NCBI GenBank assembly: GCA_964016885.1
Contig: OZ024741.1
Location: forward strand, 316,572,001 to 316,636,000
Length of the DNA: 64,000 nucleotides
Origin: Eledone cirrhosa
Lineage: Eukaryota
Reading direction: 5' to 3'
Under the pieces are notes generated by a model. It saw only the letters and a program-made list of their open reading frames with translations, was not told the origin of the DNA and did no database searches. Below are positions 51,115 through 64,000 of this stretch, piece by piece. Position 1 is the stretch's first letter, and the number at the start of each line of letters is the position of its first letter. A program made the position numbers and the translations under genes.

Positions 51115-51394
51115 AAAGTATGTCTATAGAATCATTTGATAAGATATATACACCATCTCCTCTCCCAATCAGCATAATCGACCACACAAAAAACCAGTTA
51201 AACCAGGTTATACGATTAAAAGGCACATATGAAGAAATAATAGATAAATAAACGACAGCCATCTATTCGCGATCAACAGCTATAGAATATTTACCCAGCA
51301 TTTCAATAGCACGTGGAAATCGATTAAATATATCGTCAACCATACACAATTAGGTATAAAATTAAAGTTAGAAGAAAAAATGTATATAAACATA

Positions 51395-51498
51395 CCAAGA
51401 TTACGTTTCTACCCCTTGGGGTTTCATTCTCTTTTGAAAATATACGACCAAGGATAAATTCACGAGCTTCGAAATCATCAGGAAACAAACTCACTTGG
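51395..51498 (-). ncRNA. Type I hammerhead ribozyme, intact core, enlarged loop II
   Basis: Minus strand guuuc-CUGAUGA-u-uuc[~41 nt]gaa-u-GAAA-ccc-caag-ggg-UA-gaaac. Distal ccaag/cuugg extension of stem I. Confidence 0.8.
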
Positions 51499-51820
51499 AT
51501 GAAGATTTTTCTTAAATGATCCCCGCTAGAAACGAATTCAAAATGGCTAAGAACTGTGACGTGGCAGTGGTCAAGTCAGAAAGAATGTGATTGGTGCCTT
51601 ACGGCGAGTGGGTTGGTTGCTAGAAAGCGCAGCCTAATATTGCCTAAATTGCATCTCAACCTTATGGGAGATTATCAAATATAAAGATTTACATATACAC
51701 AAACTATACAAAGTCATAAATATATATATATATATACATATGTTTTTGGCAACCATTCACGATGTGGCTCAATGACGAATTAATTAATTAAATAATCAGA
51801 GCAATATATATATATATATA

Positions 51821-52323
51821 TGATGGCTGCAAACTCTGCCAAGAGTACTGCAATTGCTTATCAGATTGCAGAAAATTGTGCACTTTTAGGCTACGGCCAG
51901 CCACAAGAACCTGAACATAACCTGAGCAAGCAATGCCTGTGCTTTGAAGGTTTTTTAAGTGGAGAAAGGCCTTGCACTCGACCAATCCCACTTTCTGAGC
52001 ATTAAAAACACTACCCGAAAAGAAGAACTGGTCAACGTCATCGGATATTCCGAAGCCACAGGTTTTTTTTTCAGAGTTTCCCTTTCCTTCAAAGGTGTTG
52101 TGACAACTGGGGTCCTTTCACTCCCAGGTGAAAAAAAAAATACTACTCTGCTGAGATCCTTCGCCATTTGCCGGGCCTTGTATTTCATCCCGCAGGGTGT
52201 CCAAATATCACCCTCCTTACCAAGCAAGCTTGGTGGGGTTGCCGGTTTAGTCGCCGACAACGCGACCATGAGGCAGGTTGTACTGGGTTACATGTTACCA
52301 GTAGCACTCTAGAGCGACCTGAC
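51821..52323 (-). mobile_element. RTE-derived bipartite element (subfamily 2)
   Basis: Reverse complement homologous to 21425-21939 over its whole length. Confidence 0.85.
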
Positions 52324-52325
52324 AT

Positions 52326-52384
<59 letters not shown>

Positions 52385-52569
52385 GTGTGTGTGTGTGTGT
52401 GATGACTTGTCATATGTATTGCAAAATATAATTATTTTTCGCATTTAATATTTTTCGCATTTAATTTCACTTGAGCTTTTATGGAACAACCAAACCGAGA
52501 TGTTTTTTTCTTTTATTTCGATTTGGTTTTGCCTTTCTTAATGTGCCAGTGTCAGTATTCTGTCATCAG

Positions 52570-53625
52570 AAGAAGGTGTAGAAACTAAACTCGCTATCTT
52601 CAATTCGTTATTCATGCCAACCCTTACTTATGGTCATCAATCCAAACTATAATAAAGTAAGAAGCGCGGGACTGCGTACGGTTTATTATTTTTTATCCCC
52701 TTAGTAAAATAAGTTGGATTACTTTGAATAAATAATGAATGAATATTACATAATTTATCTACTAAATTTCGTGGCTGTTCATTAAATATATTTTATTACT
52801 TATTTAAAGATTCACTTCTTTAAAATTTTCAAATGTCAACACTTCCGGTTAGCGATTGTTTAAATAAATATTCATATATTTCTGTCACTAATTTTCTAAT
52901 GCAGTTTATATATATAACATCGTCTTTTTTTATGTATCATGTATTACGTTACTGATTACATAAGACAAGTGTAACACCGTCTTCGTTCAATTTCTGTGTA
53001 TATTGTCAATTACGATTTTATTTGATCATATCTACATGCATATATACTTGCGTATAATATCAATACACACACTACACATGCTAGCAGATATATAATATCG
53101 TCTTTTTTTAATGTATCATGGATTACGTTATTGATTACAGAAGACAGTGTAACACAGTCTTCGTTCGATTTCTGTGTATATTGTCAATTACGGTTTTATG
53201 TGATGCCAGCAAAAAACCACCCGAAGGGTGGTTTTTCTGCTAGTCTTTGGTAATGATTGAAAGAATACGATCGGTAATACAACCGGCCGAAATGGAGTTC
53301 CTCGATAGAGTTCGTAGTATGGGGATGAGAAAATTGCTCCAGGTAGAGCCGCTACTTCTCCGAATTGAGAAATCACAGCTCTGATATTACGAACATGTGG
53401 TCAGCATGTCTAAGGAAAGAATCGCTGGACAGATTTTACGGAGCAAAGCAAATCGGCAGGAGACTAATAGGTAAACCCCGAGCAAGATAGTTCGATAACA
53501 TCCATGAACTGGATTGATCTCACTTGGGGATCGAGCCAGATCTAATGGAGACGCTTCTGATAGGAAGGCATGCTTCAGGACTCTTTACCACGACCCCACT
53601 AGGAATAAGAGGACAAAGAAGAAGC
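52570..53625 (+). mobile_element. RTE (Expander-like) 3' fragment interrupted by a Helitron
   Basis: ETKLAIFNSLFMPTLTYGHQ | SLVMIERIRSVIQPAEMEFL..EPLLLRIEKSQL. (GAA)n tail. Confidence 0.85.
52641..53243 (+). mobile_element. Non-autonomous Helitron
   Basis: A|TC start; 3' hairpin agcaaaaaaccaccc-gaa-gggtggtttttctgct; CTAG|T end; no TSD. Removing it restores the RTE reading frame. Confidence 0.9.
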
Positions 53626-53845
53626 TGTTCCGCAATATTATCGTATAAGTATGCTCTGTAATACAATCTTTTCGCATCTAATCCCCACTGAGTTCTTATG
53701 AAATAACGAAATCGAGATGTTTTTATTTCAATATATTTTTGTTTGTTATATGTACACGTGTGTGTGTATATATAAATATATGTATATATATATGTATATG
53801 TATATGTATATATATATGTATATAAATATATATATATATATATAT

Positions 53846-53897
<52 letters not shown>

Positions 53898-53920
53898 GTA
53901 TATATATATATATATATATA

Positions 53921-54050
<130 letters not shown>

Positions 54051-54270
54051 CGTGCGTGTATGTATATATGTACGTATACGTATATATATATGTATGTGTT
54101 TTTATAGTACTGCATTCAAGCAATTTTAAATATTTTCACACACACTTACGCACGCATCTAATCGTGTTCATACATATATAAATATATATCTGTTATAAGT
54201 TGATGACAGCTGTGTACGTTACACAATATTTTAAGGACGTTCTACTTGTCAAACGTATTATTGTTATTGT

Positions 54271-54640
54271 TTTTTGGCACAAGGTCAGCAATTAAACCAG
54301 TGTATTACTGGTACTTTATTTTATCGATACTGTAAGGATGAAAGGCAAAGTTAATCCTGCCGAGGTGAACTTTACCTTACAGGGTCGATAAAATAAAGTA
54401 CCAGTAATACGCTGGGATAATTGCTGGCCTTGTGCCAAACGTAGAAACAATTATTTTGGCAGTATCGGTAGAACGTCCGACACCTTGCTTTACAGCATAG
54501 AGTTATGGCCGTTTACGTTCTGAGTTCAAATTCCGCCAGGGTTAACTTTTCCTTTTATCCTTACGGGGTCGATAAAATAAAGCAACAGTAATGCACTGGG
54601 ATAATTGCTGGCCTTGTGCCAAAAGTAGAAACAATAATTG
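54271..54640. mobile_element. SINE family A cluster: head-to-head partial pair followed by a full + strand copy
   Basis: 54271-54355 (-), about 54358-54455 (+), 54456-54640 (+). Confidence 0.85.
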
Positions 54641-55490
54641 TTATTAGGATATTAATGAGATAATGTTAGTTTACATGTACCAGTGGCTGGTGAAATATAT
54701 ATATTAATTTCAACAATGTCAGTATTCCGTGAGTCATAATTCTTGATTATCATTGGTTCATAGGTTTCAAACGACTCCGCTCACCTCAACGACGCCAAAC
54801 TTAAATTAATATGCATAATGCCAATCAGGGAGTGAGAGGAGAGAGTAAGAAACAGAGAGGCAAAGTGAACGCTGTGTTGGATACACTATGTATATGTGTC
54901 AGTGTAGAGACATGTGTGTGTGTGATGTGTGTGGAAATAAGAGGGGAAGGAAAGCAATAACTATTAACATGTGTGCGTGTGTATGTACGTGCGCGTATGT
55001 TTATGTGTATGTGCGTGCGTGCAGCGTTCCACAGAAAGTAAAAACTATCAACATGTGTGAGTGTGTGCGTGTGTGTAAGTGCACGGGTGCGTGTGTAAGT
55101 TTGCGTGCGTCGCTTCTGATTACGGTGGTAATAAAACCTCATCATATGCTGAGTCTGGCAAAAAGGTTGGATCCTATGGCTGGCCAGGGCTAGAGTAATA
55201 TTGAAAAACGATTCTATTTTCGAAGTAGAAGGATCCGCCATTTGGAGTTCAAACCAGGCCACCTCCCCGAGTTGAACTCTGGGCAACATTGACTGTCTAT
55301 TACTCAGTGGCTAAGAGCCTGGAAATTACTGAATACATTTTTGTGTCATATAATTTGTCGTTTTATTATTATAGCTGACCACTTATAGATAAGCATGTTA
55401 TCCATATCCATATTAATTTGGCATTTGTATAAACCATTTCAAGTAAATAGGGACCTTTTTTACATTGACGGACATCTTTTATATTAATTA

Positions 55491-55852
55491 TCTATATCTA
55501 TATCTACATATAATATAAAAGATTGGAACTTCCATCAACCTTTTGAGAAACGTGAAACAACCACGTCTATGCAATGATACACGTTTTACAGTCAGGCAGA
55601 AGATGAACCATCTCCTAGAGGTCATTATTCTAGGTGGAAGCACCTAGAATTGTTCATATACTATGCACAAACGGTACAACGAAGGATCTGGTATATCTGG
55701 AAGATTTTTTTTACTGTTTTTTTTTGTATCACACAGACACCACGGACTCGCCTCATACTGTAACCAGACAAACATCCAATACAGTCATTTTCTCTTTTAC
55801 CTGTCTTCTCCTATCATCTGTTTACCCGAGCGAAGCTGGGTCCGTCAGCTAG
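55491..55852 (+). mobile_element. Non-autonomous Helitron
   Basis: A|TCTATATC...TATAATATAAAAG start; hairpin acccgagcgaagctgggt; CTAG|T at 55849-55853. Confidence 0.7.
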
Positions 55853-56286
55853 TATATATATATATATGTAGATATATAGAGAGCCCCCCCACCCACCAAT
55901 AATTATATTTTTCTCCCTAAACTACGAAAAACACACATCTATTTCGATATGCGCTACAATTTATGTACATGTTATGTTTATCGCATCTCGAAGTTTCCTG
56001 ACCATTTTAGAGTGCAAAAAGCTAAACTAATCACTACAACTAGATTGTCTAAATTCCTCTCACCCCCCCACCCCCAAACCCCCCAATTAAAAATGCTTCC
56101 ACCGCCCCTGGTCTCTTCCGCTCTCATTCGGTGAGGATTTTCCGTAGATTACTCAGTCCGGTTCTGTCCATAATCACTTCAATTGTGATGTGGTCACGCT
56201 AAGAAATTCAGTAGATGGTCTTAACATACATAACATTCTGTTTTGCTTCCCTTCCTCTCCCAACCAAACCGCGTTGTTGAAAACCC

Positions 56287-56381
<95 letters not shown>

Positions 56382-56457
56382 GACGCACACAAACACACAC
56401 ACACACTCACGAACACACACACACCCACGCACACATAGATACACACGCATACATATA

Positions 56458-56508
<51 letters not shown>

Positions 56509-56519
56509 GTGTGTATATA

Positions 56520-56680
<161 letters not shown>

Positions 56681-56715
56681 ATACATATATATATACACAC
56701 GTGTATTTATATATA

Positions 56716-57642
<927 letters not shown>

Positions 57643-57687
57643 GTGTCTATATATATGTATATATGTGTATATATGCACACACGTCTA

Positions 57688-57984
<297 letters not shown>

Positions 57985-58442
57985 TTTTATACACACACGT
58001 ATATAGCCACACACACACACATTTATATATATACACACACACGTATATATATATATATATAACTCGTATATAGCTACACAACACACCGAGACATAAGTAC
58101 ATACAAATAGATGGGGTGTGGAAGGATATCTACTCTACGTGTGTGTGTCTTTCACAATTGTGTAATTACAGCCATGTGTTTGCATAGGAGCCAATTAGAT
58201 AGCATTAATTAAGATGCTTATATTTAATATAAACATGAAATAAAGTAGAAAGAAAACACATAAAAGGAAAGAAGCCAACACAGAAAGACAGAAGAGATGA
58301 GAGAGGAGAGAGGGGCGAGAGAAAAGATGAGAGGGGAGAGAAGGAAGAGAGAGAAAGAAGAGAGAAGGAAGAGAGAAGGAAAAAAGACCACTACAAAGCA
58401 ATAACTGGTGCGTTAACGGTGTTCTATTTCAGTACTTTGTAC

Positions 58443-58474
<32 letters not shown>

Positions 58475-58489
58475 TATATGTATATAATA

Positions 58490-58640
58490 ATTTTTCTGCT
58501 TTTGGCACGGATCCAGCGACTCGCCCAGCGCATTACTGGTACTCTCTTTTGTTGACTCCGTGCGGATGAAAGGCAAGGTTGACCTCGGCGGGATTTAAGC
58601 TCAGAGCGTGGAGAGCCATAGCTCTATGCTGTAAAGCAAT
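58490..58640 (-). mobile_element. SINE family A (diverged)
   Basis: ggatgaaaggcaaggttgacctcggcgggattt core. Confidence 0.75.
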
Positions 58641-58741
58641 TATAATAATACTGGACTGTAATACGAACGGCTTCAACTATACAAACTCTTGAAAGTCAAC
58701 AGTTGATATAATCTTGTAATCTTGTATCAGTAATGACGGTA

Positions 58742-58772
<31 letters not shown>

Positions 58773-58964
58773 CGTGCGTGTGTGTGTGTGTGTGTGTGTG
58801 TAAGTGAGTAGCGTGTGTGTGTTTGTTGGTATGTATGAGTGTTGCTGTGTGCGCGCATATGTATGCGTGTGTGTGCGCGCATATGTATGCGCGTGTGTGT
58901 ATGTCGTATGTATAAGTGTCAATAAGTGATTTTTTTTTCTTTTTTTTCTTTTGCGCGGGGACAT

Positions 58965-59238
58965 AGAAATAATCGGGCTGGATGCCCGATCGCGCAGTTA
59001 AACCACTGGGAGTGAAGAACCCCTAGCCCTTGTCAGGGCATTCTTCTAGGAGAAGGCATCTCAGGAAACTGGGTTAACTCCAACATAAAACCTGCGGCTC
59101 AGTAGTTACCGATGATGTTGATCTTTTCTTCTTTTCGGGTTATAGCTACTGTCGCTCAGAGAGTGGGATTGGCTCAGTGCACAGTCTTTCCTCACTTTAA
59201 AAATATTTGTCACGCACAGGCATTGCACGAGTGCATTA
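58965..59238 (+). mobile_element. RTE 5'-leader-derived short element ending in (TTA)n
   Basis: gcccttgtcagggc, ttctaggagaagg, gatgatgttgatc and gagagtgggattggc motifs shared with the 20771 and 21425 elements. Confidence 0.7.
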
Positions 59239-59253
59239 ATAATTATTAATAGT

Positions 59254-59286
<33 letters not shown>

Positions 59287-59287
<1 letters not shown>

Positions 59288-61371
59288 AGTTGCATTTATC
59301 TTGCTTTATGTTCATACGAGTTATCACCAAGTCACAACCAGTGACCTCAAGAGACAACAAGGTCCGCCATGTTCAAGAAAGAACATACATACTCACACAT
59401 GCATCTTTAGTGTTTAGACTTGTGATGTACTTATATTGACAGAATCTTCCTTAGTATATGGGCAGTTCCCATTAGTACTATCTTTTGTATTTCTCCTATA
59501 CGCGGGTTTCCTGGGATTTGCGATAAGTAATCATTAGACCCCTTAGGTATCATTCCTAGAGCGCCTACAACCACTGGTATTGTTTTAGTTCTCAATTTCC
59601 ACATTTTTCCAATTTCTATCTCAAGGTCCTTATACTTGCTCAATTTTTCAAATGTTTTTATAGATACATTCTTGTCTATTGGAACAGACATATCAATTAG
59701 CAGGCATACCCTCTTTTTAAAGTCCTTCAATATTATATCAGGTCTATTTGCATCTATTTTTCGGTCTGTTTGGATGCTAAAGTTCCACAAGATTGAGATG
59801 TGATCTTTTTCAAGTATGGGAGGTGGTTGATGCTCCCACCAATTCTTTTGATGGGGCAGGTCAAAATGCTTACACATTATCCAATGTATGTATTGTGCAG
59901 CTCTGTCATGCCTGTTTAGGTATTCGGTTGGAGCTATAGGACTGCACATTGAAATTATATGGTCAATGGTCTCTGGTTGTTTTTTGCATACACGGCATAA
60001 TGGGCTGCATCCATTTTTTATTATGTTGGCTTGGTAATTTTTTGTTGGCAGACACTGATCTTGTGCTGATATAATCAGTCCTTCAGTCTCCGATTTCAGT
60101 CCAGGGGATGCCAACCACTGATGGGTTAAAGTTTTGTCAACATCAGGATTGTTAGCTCGCTCTGGGTATTTTCCATACAGAGGCTTTTCTTGCCATTTCT
60201 TAGCCAGTTTCTGTAGCAGTTCTTTCTTTGCAGTTACTTTTACCTGCTTTGCTTTTTCTGTGTTTTCCATTTCAGCAGTAAATGGGTCTTCTGAAATTTG
60301 TAGTCCATTACTGTATCTTTGTGCATCTTTTGTAATGGAATATGATCTTTTGATGCTTTTTCAATCCAACTGTGTGGCAAACTATCGAATGCTTTTTTAT
60401 AATCTATCCAAGCAATCAATAGATTTTTGTGTCTATTATGACAATCTTCCAGTATCATTTTGTTAACCAGAAGCTGATCCTTACAGCCATATGAGCCTCG
60501 TTTACACCCTTTCTGCTCAATGGGAAATAGGTCATTTGTTATCAGCTGGTCATATGTGTATTCAGTTAGGACTGATGTTAAAATTTTATACATTGTGGTC
60601 AAGCAAGTTATCGGTCTGTAATTTTTGGGATTGTTTGTCTCATCATTCTTCGGAAGCAGGAATGCCGTTAACTAGCCATGATGGTATCTTTTCTGGCTCC
60701 TTAACTATTTCATTGTAAAGTTGGGCTAACAGCTCATGAGACTCTGTGAAGGCATTTATCCAAAAGTTTTGTATTTTGTCTTTTCCTGGGGATTTCCATT
60801 TGCTGGTTTTTCTTAGAGCCAAGCGCAACTGTTCAACTGTTATATTTTCCCATATTTGTTCCTCAAGGTGAGCTGTATCTTTCATTTGTCTGTCTATCCA
60901 TGGGGCATGTATGTTATGAACTTTTTCTTCGGCCCAGATCTTTTCCCAGAATTCTTGCACTTCCTCCTTGGGTGGTATTGATTTAGCAGTTATTGTTGAC
61001 TTACCAATTTTTCTGTAGAAGTTTCTTTGGTTGTTTTTGAACATATTATTGTCCTTATAGAATCTAGATCGTTTTTCAAAGCGCCTTATACGAGCAGCTT
61101 TGGCCGACACTTTTTGCTTGATTATTTCTATCAGCATGTCTATGTCACTTGTTGATTTTATACTGTACTTTTTTTTCAATTTTCTAAGTTTAGTTTGTTT
61201 AACATGTTCACCTACTTTATAGTTTGTTAAAATGTCTATGTCAGATCGGAGATGGTTTATTTGGCGATTGATGTTCTCTTGCCAAGTAGATTTCTTGTGG
61301 GAATTCCTTTGTTTTTTCATCTTCACTCCACATAAGTGAGTGGTGACTTTAGCCGATGCATAATAGAGATG

Positions 61372-61373
<2 letters not shown>
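59287..61373 (-). mobile_element. R4/Dong-clade RLE non-LTR retrotransposon, 5'-truncated and internally deleted, inserted in (TAA)n
   Basis: WKSPGKDKIQNFW; EQKGCKRGSYGCKDQLL..WIDYKKAFDSLPHSW; CRVCKKQPETIDHIISMC, RH, RPDIIL..LIDMSVP..EKLSKYKDL. (TTA)n on both flanks. Confidence 0.93.
59431..60270 (-). pseudogene. Open C-terminal CCHC + restriction-like endonuclease segment of the Dong/R4 element
   Basis: Uninterrupted 279-codon frame with the motifs listed for 59287-61373. Confidence 0.9.
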
Positions 61374-61411
<38 letters not shown>

Positions 61412-61617
61412 GGCGACCTACGTAGTAAATCGTATCATCGTGAGCTCCGCAAAGGTTTGTTATTTCCGTTTGTTAAAAATTGTCATTTATGGAAAATTTT
61501 ATTGTTAACTGTTTATAAGCGCACATACATTGTTTTCCGAAAAGGACACCCAAAAAGATTGGGGCCTTGTGCCCAAAATTTAAACTTTATTATTATCAAA
61601 AAATTTCTTTGAAAAAA

Positions 61618-63617
61618 ATGGCTAATTCACCTCTGCACCAAGCAGCTGAAAGCCTTCCTCACAAAATAACACCTCACACCGACACCACCATTGTAAATGT
61701 TACTACGTTTGCCAACACAAAAAAAAATATAAGCAGTAGCAATATTTTAAATTTGTCTCAGGCAGACATTCATTTCCCGCCATTACCAATGACTGCAGGT
61801 GTTAAAGCCTCCACCACCACCACCACCGCGACAACCACCGCGACAACCACCACCCCCACCACCGCCGCGACAACAGAAACAAAAAAATAAAAAAATAAAT
61901 TAACTCGTGATGTCGAAATGAAATCAAGCAAAATGGACTGTTCCCCACCAAAGACGACTGACGTCACCACCACCACAACTGAAACTAAAATTAATATTAA
62001 CACAAATAACGATAGCAACAACAACAACAATGACATTATAAAAACGATCCTCAGTTTTGCAATAGTAGCAAAACAGTTCGAAGCATTTACGGTAACTCAG
62101 GAGGATTTAGAAAATGCCAAACAAATGGTAAAGAAAGATGGGTACAGGGTCAGCCTCACCCCCCACCTAATAAAATGGAGCATCGGCGCCTATGCACCGT
62201 GTCGTATCGAACGATAAATGTAAAATCGCGCTGAGTGGAACGGGCATCCGAGTCCCAAATCCAAAAAAACTTTGGGACATGTGTGGGTAAGAAAAACCCA
62301 CATCAGACGTGGGCAGAAGTATGGAACCGTGGACGTATTCTTTGAAACACCAGAGGAGGCTAGAGAACACTCCATGGCCCCATTAAGAAGTGACGACTTC
62401 ACACTCGTCCCAAGCTATTGTGGCCAGAGACTCGTAAAGATCAGGGTGACCCACGTTCCACCGGCCATCGAAATTCCCTGGCTAATAGCGGCCGTCCTCG
62501 CCGGCATCGAAGCCAACACAAAAATAATAGCAATAGCAAAAGAAAAGCAGGAGAACTGGTCCGGATCTGGGATGCAGCTTCTGATCCAAGCGGACCAAAA
62601 AAGCATTGAGGAGATCCCAGAGGTAATAGACCTCACTGACGGCAGCCACCTCACGGTAATTGTCGAGGGCAGAAGACCTAGGTGTGTCGTTTGTGGTGAA
62701 GGAACCCACCTAAGGGCTTTCTGCCCTCAGGCTAAAAGGTTGAGGCCACCTCTCCTACCCACCCCAGTGACACAACCATCAACACCACCAGTAGCAGAGA
62801 TGGCAGCAACAACTGTAGCAGCAACAGAAGCAACTATAACAGCAACAACCCCAGCAACAGTAGCAAAACCAACACCACCACCACCAGCAAAACCAACACC
62901 ACCACCACCCAACGCTTCAGAACTAGCACCAGCGCCTACACCATCCACCACGCCACAACCAAAACTAACGCCTGTGGAAGATTTTCCACTCCCCGGCCTA
63001 TCACAACTGGAGACAGATTGTGACGACGAGGAGTGGGAAACGATATCCGGAAAAAAAAAAGAAACCAAAAAAGAAAAAATTCTCTTCCTTCCCCCTCCAA
63101 AAACAAAATACAGAGGGAAACAAATAAACTAAGAAACAAAAAAGTTAGGACAGATATGCCACCATCCACACCAGCATCACCAACCCCATCAACCCAAACA
63201 CCAACACCATCACCATCATTAACTCCAACACCACCATCACCTACACCACAAAAGTCACCAAAATGCGAAACAGAAACAAACCCACAACAAACGCAAACAA
63301 AACAAAACAACCAAAACGATACACACTACACAGCATTAAATTTGAACAACAAGCAATTATTACACTACATCCAACACAACACCAGCATCACAGAAAAAGA
63401 CTACACAACAACCCCAAAATTCACACCACCTCCACACATACAAATCACTCGCATCACACAGAAAACGTACATGACACTAAAACAAAAATTCCCCAAAGAC
63501 ATCGGAGACTTCCGACAAGCACTCTCCAGGAGGATTTATAAGGACATCCTTCCTGAGGAGGCCACAAGCAGTGAAAAGGATGGAAAAACCGTCCTTCCTC
63601 TACGAGAAGTAAGGTAA
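61618..63617 (+). pseudogene. LINE ORF1 (gag-like; RRM-like region, CX2CX4HX4C knuckle, Pro/Thr-rich linkers)
   Basis: ORFs 61567, 61918 and 62272 share one frame, separated by three TAA stops. Knuckle CVVCGEGTHLRAFC. An A-run frameshift near 63050 joins it to ORF 63033-63617. Confidence 0.75.
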
Positions 63618-63651
63618 GTGGTCTTTCCCATCTTTTCCACTCCTTTTCAAC

Positions 63652-64000
63652 ATGACCTCACTCAGAATAGGCAGCATAAATGCGCGTGGCTTGGGGTCGT
63701 CATGGAAGCAGGGCCACCTGCTCAACGACCCCAGGTCACTAAACATAGATGTAGTGGCAATCAGCGAGACCAGAATCTCCGAAGCACAGGCTTTCGCACC
63801 GATCTTCGGCGGCTACGATGTGTACGCATCTCCCAGCCGTCCGGGATCGGGGGGAGGAGTTGCTGTGCTTTTTCGGAGAGGTTTGGATCTTGCCATACGG
63901 GCCATCTTCCTGGACCCAGAAGGTAAGTTGGTGGTGCTGGACGTGACCAGCGGAGACGGGCAAGCTTTCAGGTTAGTGGCCGTCTATGCCCCGACAGGAG
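63652..64000 (+). CDS. LINE ORF2 N-terminus, apurinic-like endonuclease (partial, open to window end)
   Basis: MTSLRIGSINARGL..DVVAISET..GGGVAVLF..DPEGKLVVLDV..FRLVAVYAP matches APE motifs. Confidence 0.9.
   Translation, partial: MTSLRIGSINARGLGSSWKQGHLLNDPRSLNIDVVAISETRISEAQAFAPIFGGYDVYASPSRPGSGGGVAVLFRRGLDLAIRAIFLDPEGKLVVLDVTSGDGQAFRLVAVYAPTG

Larger units (their letters stand above)
61412..64000 (+). mobile_element. L1/Tx1-clade LINE, 5' part (5' UTR, ORF1, start of ORF2); runs off the window
   Basis: ORF1 with CCHC knuckle, then an APE-type ORF2 starting 34 nt after the ORF1 stop. Confidence 0.9.

Noticed and set aside
51285-51350. Second tandem hammerhead (TTGACGA...GAAA, minus strand)
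   Set aside because: The core is mutated, and stems I and III do not pair.

Overview
Repeat-dominated animal DNA, most likely intronic or intergenic octopus sequence. That assignment is inferred from the very high (TA)n/(CA)n/(TACA)n/(CCA)n load and from SINE families resembling octopus SINEs. No host protein-coding gene can be identified with confidence. Most of the supplied ORFs are microsatellite read-throughs, and there are only weak + strand exon candidates. Recognisable content: two Penelope-like (PLE) remnants; several RTE LINE fragments and short RTE-derived 'bipartite' elements; two L1/Tx1-clade LINE pieces; an R4/Dong-type restriction-like-endonuclease (RLE) LINE sitting in (TAA)n; a second RLE family; a CR1/Jockey-group 3' end; an internally deleted mariner; three non-autonomous Helitrons; MITEs; about 18 SINE copies; and long satellites. 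The most notable signal is a set of type I hammerhead ribozyme (HHR) motifs, five with intact or near-intact cores and several decayed, in short non-coding modules between (TA)n tracts. One is a 340-bp tandem unit with an HHR in each repeat, which is the architecture of a retrozyme/circRNA element. Several HHRs have a U.U pair closing helix II, or an expanded or branched helix II. All coordinates and folds were read by eye; none was computed.
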